Source of the DNA: a virus
Taxonomy: Duplodnaviria > Heunggongvirae > Uroviricota > Caudoviricetes
IMG/VR virus record: IMGVR_UViG_3300048670_001104
Length of the DNA stretch: 64,000 nucleotides
Reading direction: 5' to 3' (one strand)
The notes beneath the pieces were generated by a model. The model was given only the letters and a program-made list of their open reading frames with translations, ran no database searches and was not told the DNA's origin. This document shows positions 27,118 to 35,389 of this stretch, one piece after another (the first letter of the stretch is position 1; every line of letters starts with the position of its first letter). Made by a program: the position numbers and the translations under genes.

Positions 27118-27338
27118 AGTCGAAACTGTGCCAACAGTTCCTGGGCTTGATCACGGAACTCGTTCACACGCCGTTCCAGGACCTCATAGGCCATGAGCCG
27201 CATCAATACCAAGGCTTGTTGGCGATCGTATTCGTCCAGTTCAGCATACCAATCCAGATACTCGTCCTGGCTGGTGAAACTCCAGATCTGGTCCAACATC
27301 TGATGTTGCTCTTGAGAGAGATTTTCAATTCGAATCAT
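27114..27338 (-). CDS. hypothetical small acidic protein
   Basis: 74 aa. AGGAG RBS. ATGA junction with the downstream gene. Confidence 0.5.
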   Translation of the reverse strand: MIRIENLSQEQHQMLDQIWSFTSQDEYLDWYAELDEYDRQQALVLMRLMAYEVLERRVNEFRDQAQELLAQFRL

Positions 27339-27363
27339 AGAGTCTCCTGTCTAACATGCGATT

Positions 27364-27393
27364 AGTTTAGCACAGATCAACCTTTTGCGTCAA
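27364..27393 (-). promoter_or_regulatory. sigma70-type promoter TTGACG-N17/18-TAAACT
   Basis: Minus-strand reading of agtttagcacagatcaaccttttgcgtcaacc. Confidence 0.45.
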
Positions 27394-27652
27394 CCGGTTT
27401 TGTGGATTTGGGCGCAGGCCAGGGAGTGTGCGGGTCAACAGGTGTTGCGACCAGATCCGGATCTCGTGGATGTTGGAAATCTGGATTCAGTGCGGTGTGG
27501 TGACTGATCCAGGTATACACTGACCACTGCACCGGTTGCCACCATCGTGCGAACATGTTGTTGATCACGATGATAGTGGCTGCTGCTGTGATGGCTGCAA
27601 AGCCCAGCAGGATAAAACAAAGAAACATGTTGGTTGCTGATTCAATACTCAT
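27377..27652 (-). CDS. hypothetical membrane protein
   Basis: 91 aa with an N-terminal TM helix FLCFILLGFAAITAAATIIVI. Confidence 0.4.
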   Translation of the reverse strand: MSIESATNMFLCFILLGFAAITAAATIIVINNMFARWWQPVQWSVYTWISHHTALNPDFQHPRDPDLVATPVDPHTPWPAPKSTKPVDAKG

Positions 27653-27957
27653 GATAGATCCTCTTGATTGGTTAGTCCGTTGCTGCGTCGATCTCTGGGC
27701 TCTTCTATGTTCTGATCAAACCTCTTTTGTTTTATAGTTGGCTCCCCTAAAACTTTTGCACTTGAACAAAGCAAACATTGTGGATTGCCGCAATCCATGG
27801 CATGTTGCTTGGCTAGTCGATGTGGATTTTTAACATTCTTATCATCTGATGAGCCGTGTGCTCGGGCGATCTTCAGTTGCTTGTTGATAGCGTTGTCGTC
27901 TTTGAGCAATCGCTTGCTGTGTTTGAATCGGTCTTGTTCTGTGCTCATTATTGCCAC
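27649..27957 (-). CDS. hypothetical protein
   Basis: 102-aa basic ORF. ATGA junction at 27649-27652. Confidence 0.45.
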   Translation of the reverse strand: MAIMSTEQDRFKHSKRLLKDDNAINKQLKIARAHGSSDDKNVKNPHRLAKQHAMDCGNPQCLLCSSAKVLGEPTIKQKRFDQNIEEPRDRRSNGLTNQEDLS

Positions 27958-28181
27958 TTCAATAAAAATGCGAAATAATCTCGGTCACTGTCAAAATAAA
28001 AAATATATCTACCTGGTTGTTGATGGCTGCTCATCTCTACCAGTTGCCATCGCCAATCACCTACCAGTTCGTCTTTGCACCACTCAATCACATGATCCAG
28101 GATGCCTGTTTTCTTTTTGAGTTCATGTGAGTATTCGAAACTTTCCTGGTTGCGTATAACATAATTTTCTAAAACTTGCAT
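27948..28181 (-). CDS. small protein of FLL(K/R)W(S/Q) paralog family (distal copy)
   Basis: ...EWCKDELVG...DRDYFAFLLKWQ. Confidence 0.5.
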   Translation of the reverse strand: MQVLENYVIRNQESFEYSHELKKKTGILDHVIEWCKDELVGDWRWQLVEMSSHQQPGRYIFYFDSDRDYFAFLLKWQ

Positions 28182-28206
28182 GTATCGTTATATATGCACT
28201 CGTCTG

Positions 28207-28446
28207 CTACCTCTGCCACTTTAGGCTGTAAAAGGTTGCCTGGGCAGGATCCCGGAATCCAATGATCACTTTTCTTATATTTTTTCCAAGCAGTGACCAT
28301 TCGTTTATGGTAACTGGATCCGCAACCTTGGGTATGTAGCACCAAGTGAAATCCTGGTCCAGGACTAATCCAGCATCTCGCAATGCCCAAGCCATCTCCA
28401 TACCTCGAGAGGCTGTGGCCCCTTCAATCACCACTTCAGACCACAT
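28207..28446 (-). CDS. small protein related to the FLL(K/R)W(S/Q) family (divergent)
   Basis: ...TWCYIPKV...PAQATFYSLKWQR. Confidence 0.45.
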   Translation of the reverse strand: MWSEVVIEGATASRGMEMAWALRDAGLVLDQDFTWCYIPKVADPVTINEWSLLGKNIRKVIIGFRDPAQATFYSLKWQR

Positions 28447-28675
28447 ACTCTTCCTGGATATACAGTTCTAGATCCGCTGTGGCCCAATGCTTCATGACCA
28501 TCAAAAACACATCATAGATTTCAAAAAACTTGCAGAAACTCTCTCCATATGCTATGCCTTTTATAGCATCCCAGGTGTAGAGTTTTTGCCAATGTTCGAA
28601 CTGTGTTCGGGTGATCCGTAACTCTCTGGCTCGGGTTTTGGTTGCCTCTAACTGATCTACTAGATTTTTAAACAT
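28436..28675 (-). CDS. hypothetical protein
   Basis: 79-aa ORF. Confidence 0.45.
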   Translation of the reverse strand: MFKNLVDQLEATKTRARELRITRTQFEHWQKLYTWDAIKGIAYGESFCKFFEIYDVFLMVMKHWATADLELYIQEEYVV

Positions 28676-29129
28676 TGACTTCTATCCATGTGTGATCGCC
28701 TAGCCATTGCACCTGGGCGATGTATTGATAATCCTCTGGTGAGCCTGAACTCCAACCCTCGGGGCCTCGCATGCACAATCGATTGATGTTTTTCCTTGAG
28801 TCATACACCAACCAATAGTTCTTTCCATGTGCTATCTGGAACTGATACTCCGCGGCATGCACAGCATCCGTGATCTCCAGACGCCGTTTGATCTGTTGGG
28901 CCTGACGCTCCAGCACACTCACCAGTTCCATGATCCGATCATATTCCTGCTGGGCATGCATTCTTGCCACATTGAGCATGATGTCTTTTTGCTTTTCCAC
29001 AGGCACAAGATCAAACTTGGGCCCGGAACTCTCCGTGGCATAAGGAACCGCACTGCGATTGATGAATGGCACCAGCACATTGCCAGCGGTCACATCAAAA
29101 CTATCACGCCCTTTGAGGATGTTGCTCAT
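28668..29129 (-). CDS. hypothetical protein
   Basis: 153 aa from MSNILKG. TGATG junction with the upstream stop. Confidence 0.5.
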   Translation of the reverse strand: MSNILKGRDSFDVTAGNVLVPFINRSAVPYATESSGPKFDLVPVEKQKDIMLNVARMHAQQEYDRIMELVSVLERQAQQIKRRLEITDAVHAAEYQFQIAHGKNYWLVYDSRKNINRLCMRGPEGWSSGSPEDYQYIAQVQWLGDHTWIEVNV

Positions 29130-29809
29130 CAGTCCCAAAGTGATTGGAAATAAACACCAAACAGTCGGAATCCGTTCTGTATGCGTTTCTCTACCACTCG
29201 CATGCCGTCGTAATCGCACTGGTAGGTGTGGTTGGGGCCGTCTTCTGTTTCATACAGCAAGGCCTTGCCGGTGTCGGGATCACTCTTGGCCACCTTCCAC
29301 TTCCAGTCGATCTCACCGGAACGATAGGCATCTTCCCAGGAGTCATCCAGTTTGCATTCAAACGCAAAGATCATCTCATCCAGCACCCAATCCCAACGAC
29401 GAAAGTGATTGTCGTCAGTGTCCCATTCGTTTTCTTTGGGACCGGCTTCTGTGCTACGCAGATTCATTCCCTCGGGCACATCTTCGTCATCTACCAAGGG
29501 AGCACCATGTTTGTCCTTCTTCAACTGTTTGAGCATGGGCAAGATTATATAGGCCAAGGTGTGATCCATGCTCCAGGTATCGTAGCGGTCAATCTTCACA
29601 TACTCGATCCGGGGATGCACAAAGTCCAAGAACTTCATCCAGGCACCACATACGGGGCTCAAGCGATCCACCCACTTTTGATACTTGTGGTTGGGTTCGT
29701 TGAGATGATTGTAAAAAACATCGTCATCTTTTTCCCAGAAGCAAACTGCTTTGAGGATGGTGTAAGGGCTGACCCAGTGATTGCGGTAGCCACTCATGTA
29801 TACTTTCAT
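29129..29809 (-). CDS. hypothetical protein (W/D/E-rich)
   Basis: 226-aa ORF. ATGA junction at 29806-29809. Confidence 0.55.
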   Translation of the reverse strand: MKVYMSGYRNHWVSPYTILKAVCFWEKDDDVFYNHLNEPNHKYQKWVDRLSPVCGAWMKFLDFVHPRIEYVKIDRYDTWSMDHTLAYIILPMLKQLKKDKHGAPLVDDEDVPEGMNLRSTEAGPKENEWDTDDNHFRRWDWVLDEMIFAFECKLDDSWEDAYRSGEIDWKWKVAKSDPDTGKALLYETEDGPNHTYQCDYDGMRVVEKRIQNGFRLFGVYFQSLWD

Positions 29810-30081
29810 TCTTTTACTCCAAAGTGATCTCTAACATTCATAGTGGCAATGACCAAGGCATTGTTCCACTGGGTGTATTTGTTGTCGGCTGATTCGCTTA
29901 ATTCAGCGAACTTGTCTCCTGATAACTGGCCCACGATCCGTGTTCCTGCCACCTGGTCGATACATTCGTTCACGATCAGTTCAGCAAACTTGGCGGATGT
30001 AAAATCGGAATAGTCAGTGCCCTCGGCACCAAAGCGAGCACCAGCCTTGTGTAAAAGTAGATCTATTAGTTTTTGTTTCAT
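29806..30081 (-). CDS. hypothetical protein, paralog of 30078..30281
   Basis: Shares FAELIVNECIDQVAG and the C-terminal (R)DHFGVKE with the next gene. Confidence 0.5.
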   Translation of the reverse strand: MKQKLIDLLLHKAGARFGAEGTDYSDFTSAKFAELIVNECIDQVAGTRIVGQLSGDKFAELSESADNKYTQWNNALVIATMNVRDHFGVKE

Positions 30082-30281
30082 AGTTCAACTCCAAAATGTT
30101 CTCTAATGTCATCACCCATGGTTCCACCGCCCGCCTGCCGCTCACGCAGGATATGATCCACCCGGCCAGCACATTCTTTCACAATCAACTCGGCGAACTT
30201 TTGCCTATCAAAGATTCTTTCTTGCCCATTACTATAATAGTCAGTGGCCTGTCTCTCAAGTTGTCTAATTCTTTCGTTCAT
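30078..30281 (-). CDS. hypothetical protein, paralog of 29806..30081
   Basis: FAELIVKECAGRVDHI...REHFGVEL. Confidence 0.5.
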   Translation of the reverse strand: MNERIRQLERQATDYYSNGQERIFDRQKFAELIVKECAGRVDHILRERQAGGGTMGDDIREHFGVEL

Positions 30282-30469
30282 TCTTCAACCTTACGGATTT
30301 CCCAAGTGCCATCCTCACGGTCAACCCACTTCAAGTTGTCGCCGGGATTCCACCCCACTTCATCCAGCATGTCCTGCGGGAATGGTAGCACAAGGTCACC
30401 ACTTCCGTCGTCGGCTTCTTCAAGGGTCACTGTCCATGATTTCGTTGCTTCAGTCATACTACACCTCAA
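30278..30469 (-). CDS. small AbrB/MazE/SpoVT-like swapped-hairpin protein (tentative)
   Basis: 63 aa. ...VTLEEADDGSGDLVLPFPQDMLDEVGWNPGDNLKWV pattern. Confidence 0.4.
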   Translation of the reverse strand: MRCSMTEATKSWTVTLEEADDGSGDLVLPFPQDMLDEVGWNPGDNLKWVDREDGTWEIRKVEE

Positions 30470-31343
30470 AAGTTTTCAACTGCCAATCAGCGGCTTGCTG
30501 CTCATAGCCATCATAGCCGCGTGGGTTGCATACCACTCGGCATGTGCCGATCATGTAGTCAAACTCGTGATGAGTGTGACCATGTGTCCACATACAGATC
30601 TGCGGATGATCCAACATCAACTCGCTCAAGTCCGAACTGTAAGCACCATTCACGATGACATCGCCTTCATACTCTGGCTTGGTGCTGAGTTTGCTGGGCG
30701 AGTGATGTCCAACCACCACAAACTTTCCAGCAGGGTTTGCAGCCACAGCCTCACGAATCACAGCAAGCATGGCATTGTGATCTGTCACAGAATCCTCTGG
30801 GCAGAACTTGGCATCACGCTCCTGGAATGTAAAGAAGTCTTTGTCAGGATTTTCAGGATCAGGCATGTAACTTTTGAATGTTACTTTTTTGCTGCTGTTA
30901 CGGATCACCCGGTAGTCATTCATCATACCACGGATACTGCTCAGTGTGCGCGGATCTTCTTTGTTCATGTCAGTCCACAATGTGCCGCACACAAAGGTCA
31001 CATCACCCAAGGTCATGGTTTCTTTGTCTAACACATGCAGGTTCTTCAAGTATGATAACTTGCTCTTCAAGTGCGGAATCGAAGTGGCATAATCACCGTT
31101 GTAGTGCTCATGATTGCCTGCGATGTAGATCACATGATCAAACTGTGAGGCACAGTGTTCAAAGAAAGTGTGGTATCTGTGGCTCTTGGTATGCTCACCC
31201 AGGAGGTTATGCACATCGCGATCACCAAGATCACAAGCCACGCAGATGTCACCGCTGAGGATGAGAACATCCGCCCCGTCAGTGTTGTTGATTTCCAGTG
31301 CGCCAAACTCCAGGTGGACATCACTGGCTAATGCGATTTTCAT
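30459..31343 (-). CDS. calcineurin-like metallophosphoesterase
   Basis: ALASDVHLE, LILSGDI, GNHEHY, GHTHHE motifs. Confidence 0.8.
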   Translation of the reverse strand: MKIALASDVHLEFGALEINNTDGADVLILSGDICVACDLGDRDVHNLLGEHTKSHRYHTFFEHCASQFDHVIYIAGNHEHYNGDYATSIPHLKSKLSYLKNLHVLDKETMTLGDVTFVCGTLWTDMNKEDPRTLSSIRGMMNDYRVIRNSSKKVTFKSYMPDPENPDKDFFTFQERDAKFCPEDSVTDHNAMLAVIREAVAANPAGKFVVVGHHSPSKLSTKPEYEGDVIVNGAYSSDLSELMLDHPQICMWTHGHTHHEFDYMIGTCRVVCNPRGYDGYEQQAADWQLKTFEV

Positions 31344-31675
31344 ATTGCTTCTTTCAGTTGTTGTGCCGCAGGGTCCTCTTTAATCAAGGCTGCTTCCTTG
31401 TGAGGATAGCGTTGGCGGAATCGTTCTTGCACTTCCGTCATGTTTTGCCCCATGCATACAAATTCTTTCGTTAGACTATTATAGCACATAAACTGCCCGT
31501 CTACGGCCTCTATATCCAAAATAATCAACTTTTGTTTTACCATTTTATCCACAAACTCTTCCACTTCGTGATCTGTCTCATTGAACTCACGCCAGGCTCG
31601 GTAGATGTTGATCACTTGCAAAATCATCACACCCAGCACCATACCAACGAAAACAGGTATAATAAAGTCTATCAT
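31340..31675 (-). CDS. hypothetical membrane-anchored protein
   Basis: 111 aa with an N-terminal TM helix. Confidence 0.5.
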   Translation of the reverse strand: MIDFIIPVFVGMVLGVMILQVINIYRAWREFNETDHEVEEFVDKMVKQKLIILDIEAVDGQFMCYNSLTKEFVCMGQNMTEVQERFRQRYPHKEAALIKEDPAAQQLKEAI

Positions 31676-31682
31676 GATGTAG

Positions 31683-32006
31683 TTATGCTTGACGGATTGA
31701 TTCCATTGTGATCATCTTGCCCAGTTCGCGTTCGAAATCCAGTTCGTCCGAGATCACATAGTGTCGATAGTTGGTGTCGTCTTTGCGGCGATCGTAGTGC
31801 CGGAATGTGATGATCTTGCCACCGATTGCACTCATCACAGTGATGTTCAAGCCTGCGTGGCCATCAATGCTATCACTATAGCTGTGAACCGATAAGCCTC
31901 GGCGAGGTTTGATTAGAGAATTGGCTTCCGTGCTGGTCAATCCTGTGCTGGCATTTTCCCAATCTTCTCTCACCCACTTGACTATCATGCGTTTAAACCA
32001 GTTCAT
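31683..32006 (-). CDS. hypothetical protein
   Basis: 107 aa from MNWFKRM. ATGA junction at 32003-32006. Confidence 0.45.
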   Translation of the reverse strand: MNWFKRMIVKWVREDWENASTGLTSTEANSLIKPRRGLSVHSYSDSIDGHAGLNITVMSAIGGKIITFRHYDRRKDDTNYRHYVISDELDFERELGKMITMESIRQA

Positions 32007-32455
32007 GCTGCTTTCCTTTGTTTCAAATATTGTTCCCACTGGATCCATTGATTCTGCACCAAGAAGCCCCAATCGCGTTGTTTGGGCCCGGGCATGAACA
32101 GCGTCCAGCATGTGATGTTGGGATCCAGTTCGATCCTGTGATAGGTATTGGCTCGAGCAGTGCGGAAACTGCCTGCACCATACCAACGACTCACTTCACC
32201 TGTTTTGCGACCTTCGGTGTCAAAAACGGGTGTCCATTCCCAGTAGCCACCACGCAAAATCAGTGTGGCAAATGGCCAAGGATGATCATGCACATCGTCC
32301 GGATCTGACTTCAAGAACTTATGCACAAACGCATTGAACGGAAAACGCTCACGGTCCTTGAGGAACACATAGTAGCGTTCCAGGTAGGGTTCGTTGTCTA
32401 GCCGATCACGGATCACACGATAGCGGCCCAGTCTGGTAAAAAGTTGTTTGATCAT
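32003..32455 (-). CDS. hypothetical protein
   Basis: 150 aa. AAGGAA RBS. Driven by the promoter at 32477..32505. Confidence 0.55.
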   Translation of the reverse strand: MIKQLFTRLGRYRVIRDRLDNEPYLERYYVFLKDRERFPFNAFVHKFLKSDPDDVHDHPWPFATLILRGGYWEWTPVFDTEGRKTGEVSRWYGAGSFRTARANTYHRIELDPNITCWTLFMPGPKQRDWGFLVQNQWIQWEQYLKQRKAA

Positions 32456-32476
32456 CCATTGATTCCTTTACCCGTG

Positions 32477-32505
32477 TAGTATACACGAAACGGAGTTTGT
32501 GGTCA
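32477..32505 (-). promoter_or_regulatory. sigma70-type promoter TTGACC-N17-TATACT
   Basis: Minus-strand reading of agtatacacg...ggtcaa. Confidence 0.65.
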
Positions 32506-32531
32506 AGAAAAAACCCTGCATCTGGCAGGGT
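32505..32531 (-). terminator. Rho-independent terminator (CCCTGC-cagat-GCAGGG + UUUUUUC); A-tract on the other side makes it potentially bidirectional
   Basis: Plus strand reads aaaaaaccctgcatctggcagggtttgtt. Downstream of gene 32555..32818. Confidence 0.7.
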
Positions 32532-32554
32532 TTGTTCCAGGTCAATCCCGAGTA

Positions 32555-32818
32555 TTACAGACCAAGTGCCATTGCACGGTAGCCAGCAGCCACCAGTTTG
32601 CGACTGGGCTTGCCGATGCGATATTCGGTCACTTCCACATGGTTCTTGGCCATGCGACGGTTTGCATACACTGCAAAACCTGCTTGACGCACACGGCTGA
32701 CTTCAGCACTGATGTTCTTGATACCAAAACGCTTTTCAGCTTGGCTGGGGCTCACGCTCTCGCCGGCTTGCAGGGCTGTGAACAGTTTGAAGGTCTTGGT
32801 GTTTTCGCTAATACGCAT
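32555..32818 (-). CDS. putative small DNA-binding protein
   Basis: 87 aa. AGGAGA RBS. Own promoter with a palindrome in the leader. Confidence 0.5.
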   Translation of the reverse strand: MRISENTKTFKLFTALQAGESVSPSQAEKRFGIKNISAEVSRVRQAGFAVYANRRMAKNHVEVTEYRIGKPSRKLVAAGYRAMALGL

Positions 32819-32863
32819 ATTTTTAATCTCCTATGAAAGATGCTGTTGCCACAGCATGATCAC

Positions 32864-32892
32864 AGTATAAGCGATCTGCAACAGATGTGCAA
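32864..32892 (-). promoter_or_regulatory. sigma70-type promoter TTGCAC-N17-TATACT, followed by 7-bp inverted repeat ATGCTGT-tgcc-ACAGCAT (32840-32857) in the leader
   Basis: Read from the minus strand. The palindrome lies between the -10 and the RBS of the putative DNA-binding gene. Confidence 0.55.
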
Positions 32893-32971
32893 TACTTTTT
32901 GGTGGTCAATGTTGCCAAAATATCTAAAAAATAAACGGCGCACATAAATACACTTGTAACCGGAGGCACCC

Positions 32972-33403
32972 ATGTTACACACCATCACCCAACCCAACGA
33001 CTACCTATTGAATCTCATCAAAGACGACCCGGTGCGGCCCGAGATACCGCTGAGCGATCGAGTGAACAACAACAGCCGAATCTATGTATGGAAGAATGGC
33101 GAGGCGACTGCCGCGGTCACCTGCGTGAAGTTCCTTGAGTCAGTGCCTGCTGCTGTGGAGGACATGGCCGAACTGGTCGAGAGTGCCACCACAGCGGTGT
33201 TCTACACCATCTGGAGTTATGCCGCTGGTGCTGGGCGTACCTTGATCCAAGAAGCCCAGAAGTCGATTGAATCGGAGTTTCCGGGCATTCAGACCTATGT
33301 GACCTTGAGCCCCAAGACAGAAATGGCCCGGCGTTTCCATATCAAGAATGGTGCTAGGGAACTGCGAGAAAACCTCAACACCATCAACTACATCTACAAG
33401 TGA
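32972..33403 (+). CDS. GNAT-like acetyltransferase (tentative)
   Basis: 143 aa. GGAGG RBS. VFYTIWSYAAGAGRTLIQEA resembles GNAT motif A. ATAAATA motif 22 nt upstream of the ATG. Confidence 0.5.
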   Translation: MLHTITQPNDYLLNLIKDDPVRPEIPLSDRVNNNSRIYVWKNGEATAAVTCVKFLESVPAAVEDMAELVESATTAVFYTIWSYAAGAGRTLIQEAQKSIESEFPGIQTYVTLSPKTEMARRFHIKNGARELRENLNTINYIYK

Positions 33404-33522
33404 CGTGTAGTGTGATGATCTGATCCAAAGGTTCCATATCGCTGGATCAGCCAACTCACAACCAGACCACCAAAAAAGCCCACACCATACAGTGTGATCG
33501 CAAAATAAAATACATAGATCAT
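33394..33522 (-). CDS. small membrane protein (42 aa)
   Basis: MIYVFYFAITLYGVGFFGGLVVSWLIQ. ATGA junction with the stop of the SWIM-finger gene. Confidence 0.35.
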   Translation of the reverse strand: MIYVFYFAITLYGVGFFGGLVVSWLIQRYGTFGSDHHTTRHL

Positions 33523-33866
33523 GGCACACTCTTGATGTGTTTGCAGTCGCCTCGAAACCGGAATCCTGAGCAGGTGCAAGACCATTCGCCACGCACTTCA
33601 GTGACCTTGTACACATCACCTTTACTGCCCTTTACTTCCCACACACGGCCTTCGAACTCGGGTGAGCGGATGTCAGTCTTGAACTGCACAGGGTTCAGCT
33701 TGAACTTGCGTCCGCGAATGTCAATGCGGATAGGAGCCTTGAACATGACGGGACGGTTGGCACCTCGAGGCACATAAGCAAACATCTTGCTCTTGGCATC
33801 ATCCATGAGATACACATGGTTAGGAGCAGTATCCTTCCATTCAGTTGTCTCGGCAAACCATTTCAT
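33519..33866 (-). CDS. SWIM-type zinc-finger protein
   Basis: C-terminal CTCSGFRFRGDCKHI (CxC...CxH). Confidence 0.55.
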   Translation of the reverse strand: MKWFAETTEWKDTAPNHVYLMDDAKSKMFAYVPRGANRPVMFKAPIRIDIRGRKFKLNPVQFKTDIRSPEFEGRVWEVKGSKGDVYKVTEVRGEWSCTCSGFRFRGDCKHIKSVP

Positions 33867-34044
33867 CTTGTGTCCTTAATTTGGTCGGCGTGTGTGGCGT
33901 TGATATCGATATTCTCGGCGGAGCCACCACTTGTACCGGGCAAAGTATTCCTCCAAGGTCCAGCGTGGTTCACCCCAGCCATCATGCTCGTCGCAGTTCT
34001 GCCGCCACAGTTCAGCCAGCCATTGCCGAAATGACTGGTTCATA

Positions 34045-34269
34045 TCAGTCCTTTTTTGTCTTTATAGAGACTTGGTACTTAAACAGGATACCGACCAGGA
34101 ACTGGAGTCCCCAGGCCTGTAGCCACTCAATCTGTTTGACACCATCCACTGCGGGCACAAGGCATCCATTCCACAGCAGCATCACTGGCCACGCCAGTAG
34201 GAAGGATACAAACAAAGCACCTGCGACCAGGATAACAAATGCACCTAGATATGCGAAGAATTTGTCCAT
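34045..34269 (-). CDS. hypothetical membrane protein
   Basis: 74 aa with two hydrophobic helices. Confidence 0.5.
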   Translation of the reverse strand: MDKFFAYLGAFVILVAGALFVSFLLAWPVMLLWNGCLVPAVDGVKQIEWLQAWGLQFLVGILFKYQVSIKTKKD

Positions 34270-34270
34270 G

Positions 34271-34537
34271 TTATTCTCCAGTGTAAAGTTCGTAGATTCG
34301 AACGCTAGGATCCATCCGGAACAACTCAGTTGCAGCCGCTGTCAGGGCACTATGCTTGGCCCGAATCTGGCCACGGCTCAGTTCGCCATCGCAGGTGAGA
34401 TTCTCGGGGCTCAAGTCTGCATCCAGACTGTCAGCCACACGCTGGCGACCTCGGGCAGTTTCAAGTTCAAACTGCTCACCCTTAAAGATGGCGTTCCACT
34501 TGTTCTTCTGGTTGATGTATGCTTGCAATGCTGTCAT
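34271..34537 (-). CDS. hypothetical protein
   Basis: 89 aa from MTALQAY. GGAGA RBS. The ORF-track start 34717 lies upstream of the promoter. Confidence 0.5.
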   Translation of the reverse strand: MTALQAYINQKNKWNAIFKGEQFELETARGRQRVADSLDADLSPENLTCDGELSRGQIRAKHSALTAAATELFRMDPSVRIYELYTGE

Positions 34538-34651
34538 GCTGTTCTCCAGGTTAAAAAGATTGGCTGGGCTCTGCCCATTTAATGCTCCTTGCTTGACTTT
34601 TTGCTTTCGCGTGTCTCGCTTTTTGGAGCAACCTTGTTTGTCTATGTGTGT

Positions 34652-34680
34652 ATTATAGCACTTGGACCATTTCTGGTCAA
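34652..34680 (-). promoter_or_regulatory. sigma70-type promoter TTGACC-N17-TATAAT
   Basis: Plus strand tgtattatagcac...ggtcaacc. Confidence 0.7.
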
Positions 34681-34685
34681 CCGTT

Positions 34686-34958
34686 TTATGCGGCTTCCAG
34701 CATGTTAGCAGGCACATTCCAACGAGCAGTGGGCGTCTTGATCAGCACAAACTTCAGTTTGACCTTCTCCACTTCGCCCACATAAGTCATGCCGTTTTTG
34801 TTGCTGGTGAATTTTACGCGGTCGCCCACAGAGAAACTGCGGAGTTTGGTCTTGGTCAGTTGGCTGCGAGCGTATTTCACAGCGTCAATGATAGAACTCA
34901 GTTGATCATTAGTAAACGAACCAGTGATGATCGCAGTGTTGATTGCCTTGATATCCAT
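34686..34958 (-). CDS. hypothetical protein
   Basis: 90 aa from MDIKAIN. AAGGAG RBS 7 nt upstream. Confidence 0.5.
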   Translation of the reverse strand: MDIKAINTAIITGSFTNDQLSSIIDAVKYARSQLTKTKLRSFSVGDRVKFTSNKNGMTYVGEVEKVKLKFVLIKTPTARWNVPANMLEAA

Positions 34959-34988
34959 TTGAGACTCCTTTTTGCTGAACATGCGTGT

Positions 34989-35017
34989 ATTATAGCATTT
35001 TGGGCATTAGCAGTCAA
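34989..35017 (-). promoter_or_regulatory. sigma70-type promoter TTGACT-N17-TATAAT
   Basis: Plus strand gtattatagcat...cagtcaacc. Confidence 0.7.
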
Positions 35018-35086
35018 CCGAAAAATCCAACCCAAGTTGCGATTTAATTTAGCAATTCTAGTTGGCATTTCATAAGTACCTGTAAC

Positions 35087-35389
35087 ATGAAATACATATT
35101 TGCTGCACTTGTTTTGACATCCTCGGTTGCTCACGCTCAGTTGTCTGAATACGAGCGCCGATTCACCTGTGGCAAAACCCAGTTTGTGATCTCGGCCCTG
35201 ACTCGAAATGCCCAAGAAAAACCCATATGGTCCGGAACAGATCCGCAGTCCGGAACTGAAACCATGATATTACAAAACACCCGGACTCTGACCTGGACTG
35301 TGGTACAGTACGATCAGGACATGGCCTGTGTGCTGCACAGTGGCACAGGGTTTCGAATCCTAAAGGATTCTTTTAAAGAATCCCATTAA
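35087..35389 (+). CDS. hypothetical secreted protein
   Basis: 100 aa with signal peptide [17 protein letters not shown]. Confidence 0.45.
   Translation: MKYIFAALVLTSSVAHAQLSEYERRFTCGKTQFVISALTRNAQEKPIWSGTDPQSGTETMILQNTRTLTWTVVQYDQDMACVLHSGTGFRILKDSFKESH

Noticed and set aside
28169-28390. 73-aa minus-strand ORF
   Set aside because: Alternative frame of 28207..28446, which carries the family motif (…FYSLKWQR). Only one of the two can be real.
29144-29827. 227-aa plus-strand ORF
   Set aside because: The minus-strand partner 29129..29809 has protein-like composition and ATGA coupling on both sides. The plus-strand product is hydrophobic and low-complexity.
30096-31031. 311-aa plus-strand ORF
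   Set aside because: Antisense to the well-supported metallophosphoesterase and three ATGA-coupled minus-strand genes.
33140-33619. 159-aa minus-strand ORF
   Set aside because: Overlaps the plus-strand GNAT-like gene (32972..33403), which has a GGAGG RBS and motif A. The minus product is Cys/His/Gly-rich junk. Only the short 33394..33522 piece coupled to the SWIM gene was kept.
33875-34043. Apparent 55-aa W-rich minus-strand ORF (MNQSFRQW...EYFARYKWWLRREYRYQRHTRRPN) in the SWIM-gene leader
   Set aside because: Codon-by-codon reading shows a frameshift after codon 8 (an extra C near 34019), so the intact frame is only 10 aa. Possibly a pseudogene or a sequencing error. Not reported as a feature.
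33845-34582. 245-aa plus-strand ORF
   Set aside because: Overlaps several minus-strand genes driven by a consensus promoter. S/T/C-rich composition with no start context.
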